Source of the DNA: Lytechinus pictus
Lineage: Eukaryota
DNA: 64,000 nt
Assembly: GCF_037042905.1 (NCBI RefSeq)
Contig: NC_087251.1
Span: 17,238,001-17,302,000 of the forward strand
Direction of reading: 5' to 3'
This document shows positions 61,025-64,000 of the stretch, one piece after another. A program made the translations under genes and the position numbers. Within the stretch, counting starts at the first letter, position 1. Each line of letters starts with the position of its first letter. The notes under the pieces are model-generated. The model searched no databases and had not been told where the DNA came from. It saw only the letters and a program-made list of their open reading frames with translations.

Positions 61025-64000
61025 TTTATGTGATTGGTGACATCACAAGGAACAAATTTCAACTTGGTGACAAATTTCTAATGGTCATCTTGACCATGTT
61101 AGTGGTCAAAAGAGGGTCAATAGGGATCAATTTTTTAAATTGCCCCGATTCTGTCGGGTGACATATCAAATTGTTTGTCTTGTTATACTGAACAAAAAAT
61201 TGTACACAATCATATACTCTTGACCTCCCATTAAAAAGTTATGACCGGAAATGTTAAAAGGTCAACGAACTTTTGTTAAATGGCAAATTACACTGAAGGT
61301 GTGAAGAAAGCTCATTTTTCCGTGTTTTTATGCATGTTTGTACCTTTTTTATTTTCGATGTTGATAAGTCCATCGTCAGAAGTCCTTATCCAGAAGATAT
61401 AAAGGGTCAAGACAAGGTCAGGGAAAGGTAAAAAGGTCAAAAAACTTTTATTGGAAGCCAAAATACACGTCTAAAAGCGATTAGAAGTTTAGAAGTCTTA
61501 TTTTTCGTGGGTTCTTTATTTTGAAAAGTCTATATCTAAGACATTATATTTAAAGGGGTCAAATGTGCTTATTTAGGAACAAAATAGATAAACAGTGATA
61601 GACGTCGAATACAGTATGTGGAACGTTGTGGCCCAGTGGATTAGTCTTCTGATTTTGAAACAGAGAGTCGTGGGTTCGAACCCAAGCCATGGCGTAATTT
61701 CCTTCAGCAAGAAATTTATCCACGTTGTGCTGCACTCAACCCAGGTGAGATGAATGGGTACCTGGCAGGAATTTATTCCTTGAAATGCCACCGCGCTGTA
61801 AAAGGCTGCGGGGCTAAAGCCAGGGTAATGTATATCCAAGTCATTTGGAAGCGCATAGGGACGTTATACATAATGTGATACGCGCTATACAAGAAATGCG
61901 TTATTATTATTATTATTATTACATTCAGCGTGGTATCATGGTATTGCAGAAATACCTTGAAACGATTTGACAAACCCTTATGCCCTTAAAATCTTATCAT
62001 CTTCATGATGTGATAAGTGCAACCAGGGATTTTTTATTATTTAGGAATTCAATTCAAGTTCAATTCATTTCAATATACTAGCCTTTGATATGTAAATAAG
62101 TATTTCCTTCTTTTGCTTTATACAGAATATTTTAATTAACAGAAATTATTGCAATGTATTGGGGTATAAGTATAATACTATGTTAACATAATAAACACAT
62201 CGATTGATCAGTGCTCCCAGCCCCTAAGAAAGATGCCTAACATTTCATTTGGATTATCTTGTGAATAAGATAATGAGGTTAAGATTGAGGATGATATGTT
62301 GGGCTCCAATTGCTCCTCAATTAATTCTAATGTATGACGGTTATATTATTTCTGACAAAGAGGCAACATCGTGCAGGCATGATCATTGTAGTCATGGGTG
62401 TCCATTATGCTGATGTGATATATTCTGACCATTACTCGATCTCTGGAGCCAAGGAGGACTACACATTTCTGGTGCATGTGCTGTTCTGAGCTTATCATTG
62501 GGGCCCTTTTGCATTTTGTAAAGTGAAATTTAAGGAATTCGTGCATACTTTTGGTCAATTATATTTATTTTTTCAGTAAAAATGCAAGTCTTCACAATTT
62601 ATGGGGACAGCTGCCGCCCCCCCCCCCTTCCCGCTGCGGTATGGTCGTGGTTTACTTCAATGACATATGTGATTATTCTTTCTAGTAACATCCAGGTCGT
62701 TCAGCAAGTAGGAAAAAAACCAAGAACGACAAAAGAACAAAAACAAAATCTGCATCTATGCACATCACTATCGTGAGAACTGATATTAAGTTTAATTTCA
62801 CGTTGTATGCTCTGGAAAAAACACACTTGATAAAATAGTACAAGCCGTGTTAATGGCAGAACATAATCAAAAATGTGTAGTCCTTCTTGGCTCCAGATCG
62901 AGTAATGGTCAGAATATATCACATCAGCAAGATGGAGACCCATGACTGACTACTATGAGCATGCTTGCACGATGTTGCCTCTTTGTCAGAAATAATATAA
63001 CCGCCACACATTGAAATCAATTAAAGAGCAATTGGATTCCAACTTATCATATCATCATCAATCCTATCCTGATAATCTTATTCGTAAGTTAATCCAAATA
63101 AGATGTTAGGCATCTTTCTTAGGAGCTGGGAGCACTGATCAATCAATGTGTCTGTTAACATAGTGCACATATATACCCCAAAACATTATAATACTTTCTG
63201 TTGATTAAAATATTCTGTACAAAGCAAATGGATGAAATGTATCTTTACATATCAAAGACTAGTATATTGAAAATGAATTGAACTTGAATTGAATTTCTAA
63301 ATCAAGAAACTCGGAAAGAGCTGGTTGCACTTATAACATCATGAAGATGATACGACTTTTAAGGGCATTAGGGTTTGTCAAGTCGTTTCAAGGTATTCCT
63401 GCAATACCATGATACCACACTGAATGTATTCGACGTCTATCTCTGTTTATCTATTTTGTTCCTAAGTGAGCACGTTTGACCCCTTTATATAGAAAGAGAC
63501 TTCAAAATAAAGAACCCACGAAAAATAAGACTTCTAAACTTCTAACCGCTTTTAGACGTGTATTTTGGCTTCCAATGAAAATTGTTGACCTTTTGACCTT
63601 TCCCTGACCTTGTCTTGACCCTTTATATCTTCTGGATAAGGACTTCTGACGATGGACTTATCAACATCGAAAATAAAAAAGTACAAACATGCATAAAAAC
63701 AAGGAAAAATTAGCTTTCTTCACACCTTCAGTGTAATTTGCCATTTAACAAAAGTTCGTTGACCTTTTTTACATTTCCGGTCATAACTTTTTAACGGGAG
63801 GTCAAGAGTATATAATTGTGTACAAATTTTTGTTCAGTATAACAAGACAAACAATTTGATATGCCATTCGACAGAATCGGGGTAATTTGAAAAATTGATC
63901 CCTATTGACCCTCTTTTGACCGCTAACATGGTCAAGATGACCATTAGAAATTTGTCACCAAGTTGAAAGTTGTTCCTTGTGATGTCACCAATCACATAAA
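61025..64000. mobile_element. Large foldback element: inverted arms of at least 1.1 kb (61025-62469 and 62870-64000+) around a ~400-bp spacer
   Basis: The window's last bases are the reverse complement of 61025 onward, and similarity continues to the GGACTACACATTT / AAATGTGTAGTCC junctions. Confidence 0.9.
61614..61919 (+). mobile_element. tRNA-derived SINE inserted in the left arm of the palindrome
   Basis: A box TGGCCCAGTGG, B box GGTTCGAACCC, (TAT)n tail, TACA duplicated; absent from the right arm near 63421-63432. Confidence 0.92.

Noticed and set aside
61617..61695. Functional tRNA gene (also 18350-18427)
   Set aside because: A and B boxes are present but continue into a shared SINE body and simple-repeat tail, with no clean cloverleaf.

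Overview
AT-rich, intron-rich animal genomic DNA, probably a sea urchin or other echinoderm (inferred from the repeat landscape). There is no CRISPR, rRNA or intact tRNA gene. I reconstructed three spliced genes by hand. (1) The 5' part of a synaptotagmin-14/16-like gene lies on the minus strand and runs off the left edge. (2) A complete 10-exon, 540-aa SLC17/sialin-like MFS transporter lies on the plus strand. (3) A complete 8-exon, 467-aa ACOT/BAAT-family alpha/beta-hydrolase lies on the minus strand. It has a mitochondrial-type presequence but Gly at the catalytic nucleophile, so it is a candidate pseudoenzyme. The remainder is a dense transposon mosaic: decayed L2/Crack-type LINEs, tRNA SINEs, hAT/Harbinger/Kolobok/IS3EU-like MITEs, a Helentron-type element, a folded-back Gypsy remnant, a non-autonomous LTR element and a >1 kb-arm palindrome at the right edge. 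The most striking item is a ~180 bp TSD-flanked SINE whose head is the 7SL/SRP Alu domain, fused to a tRNA-type B box and a Deu/Nin-like core. This is an Alu-like SINE in an invertebrate. Two short-range templated insertions are also visible, and one preserves the pre-insertion allele of a MITE. All alignments were done by eye against remembered reference sequences.
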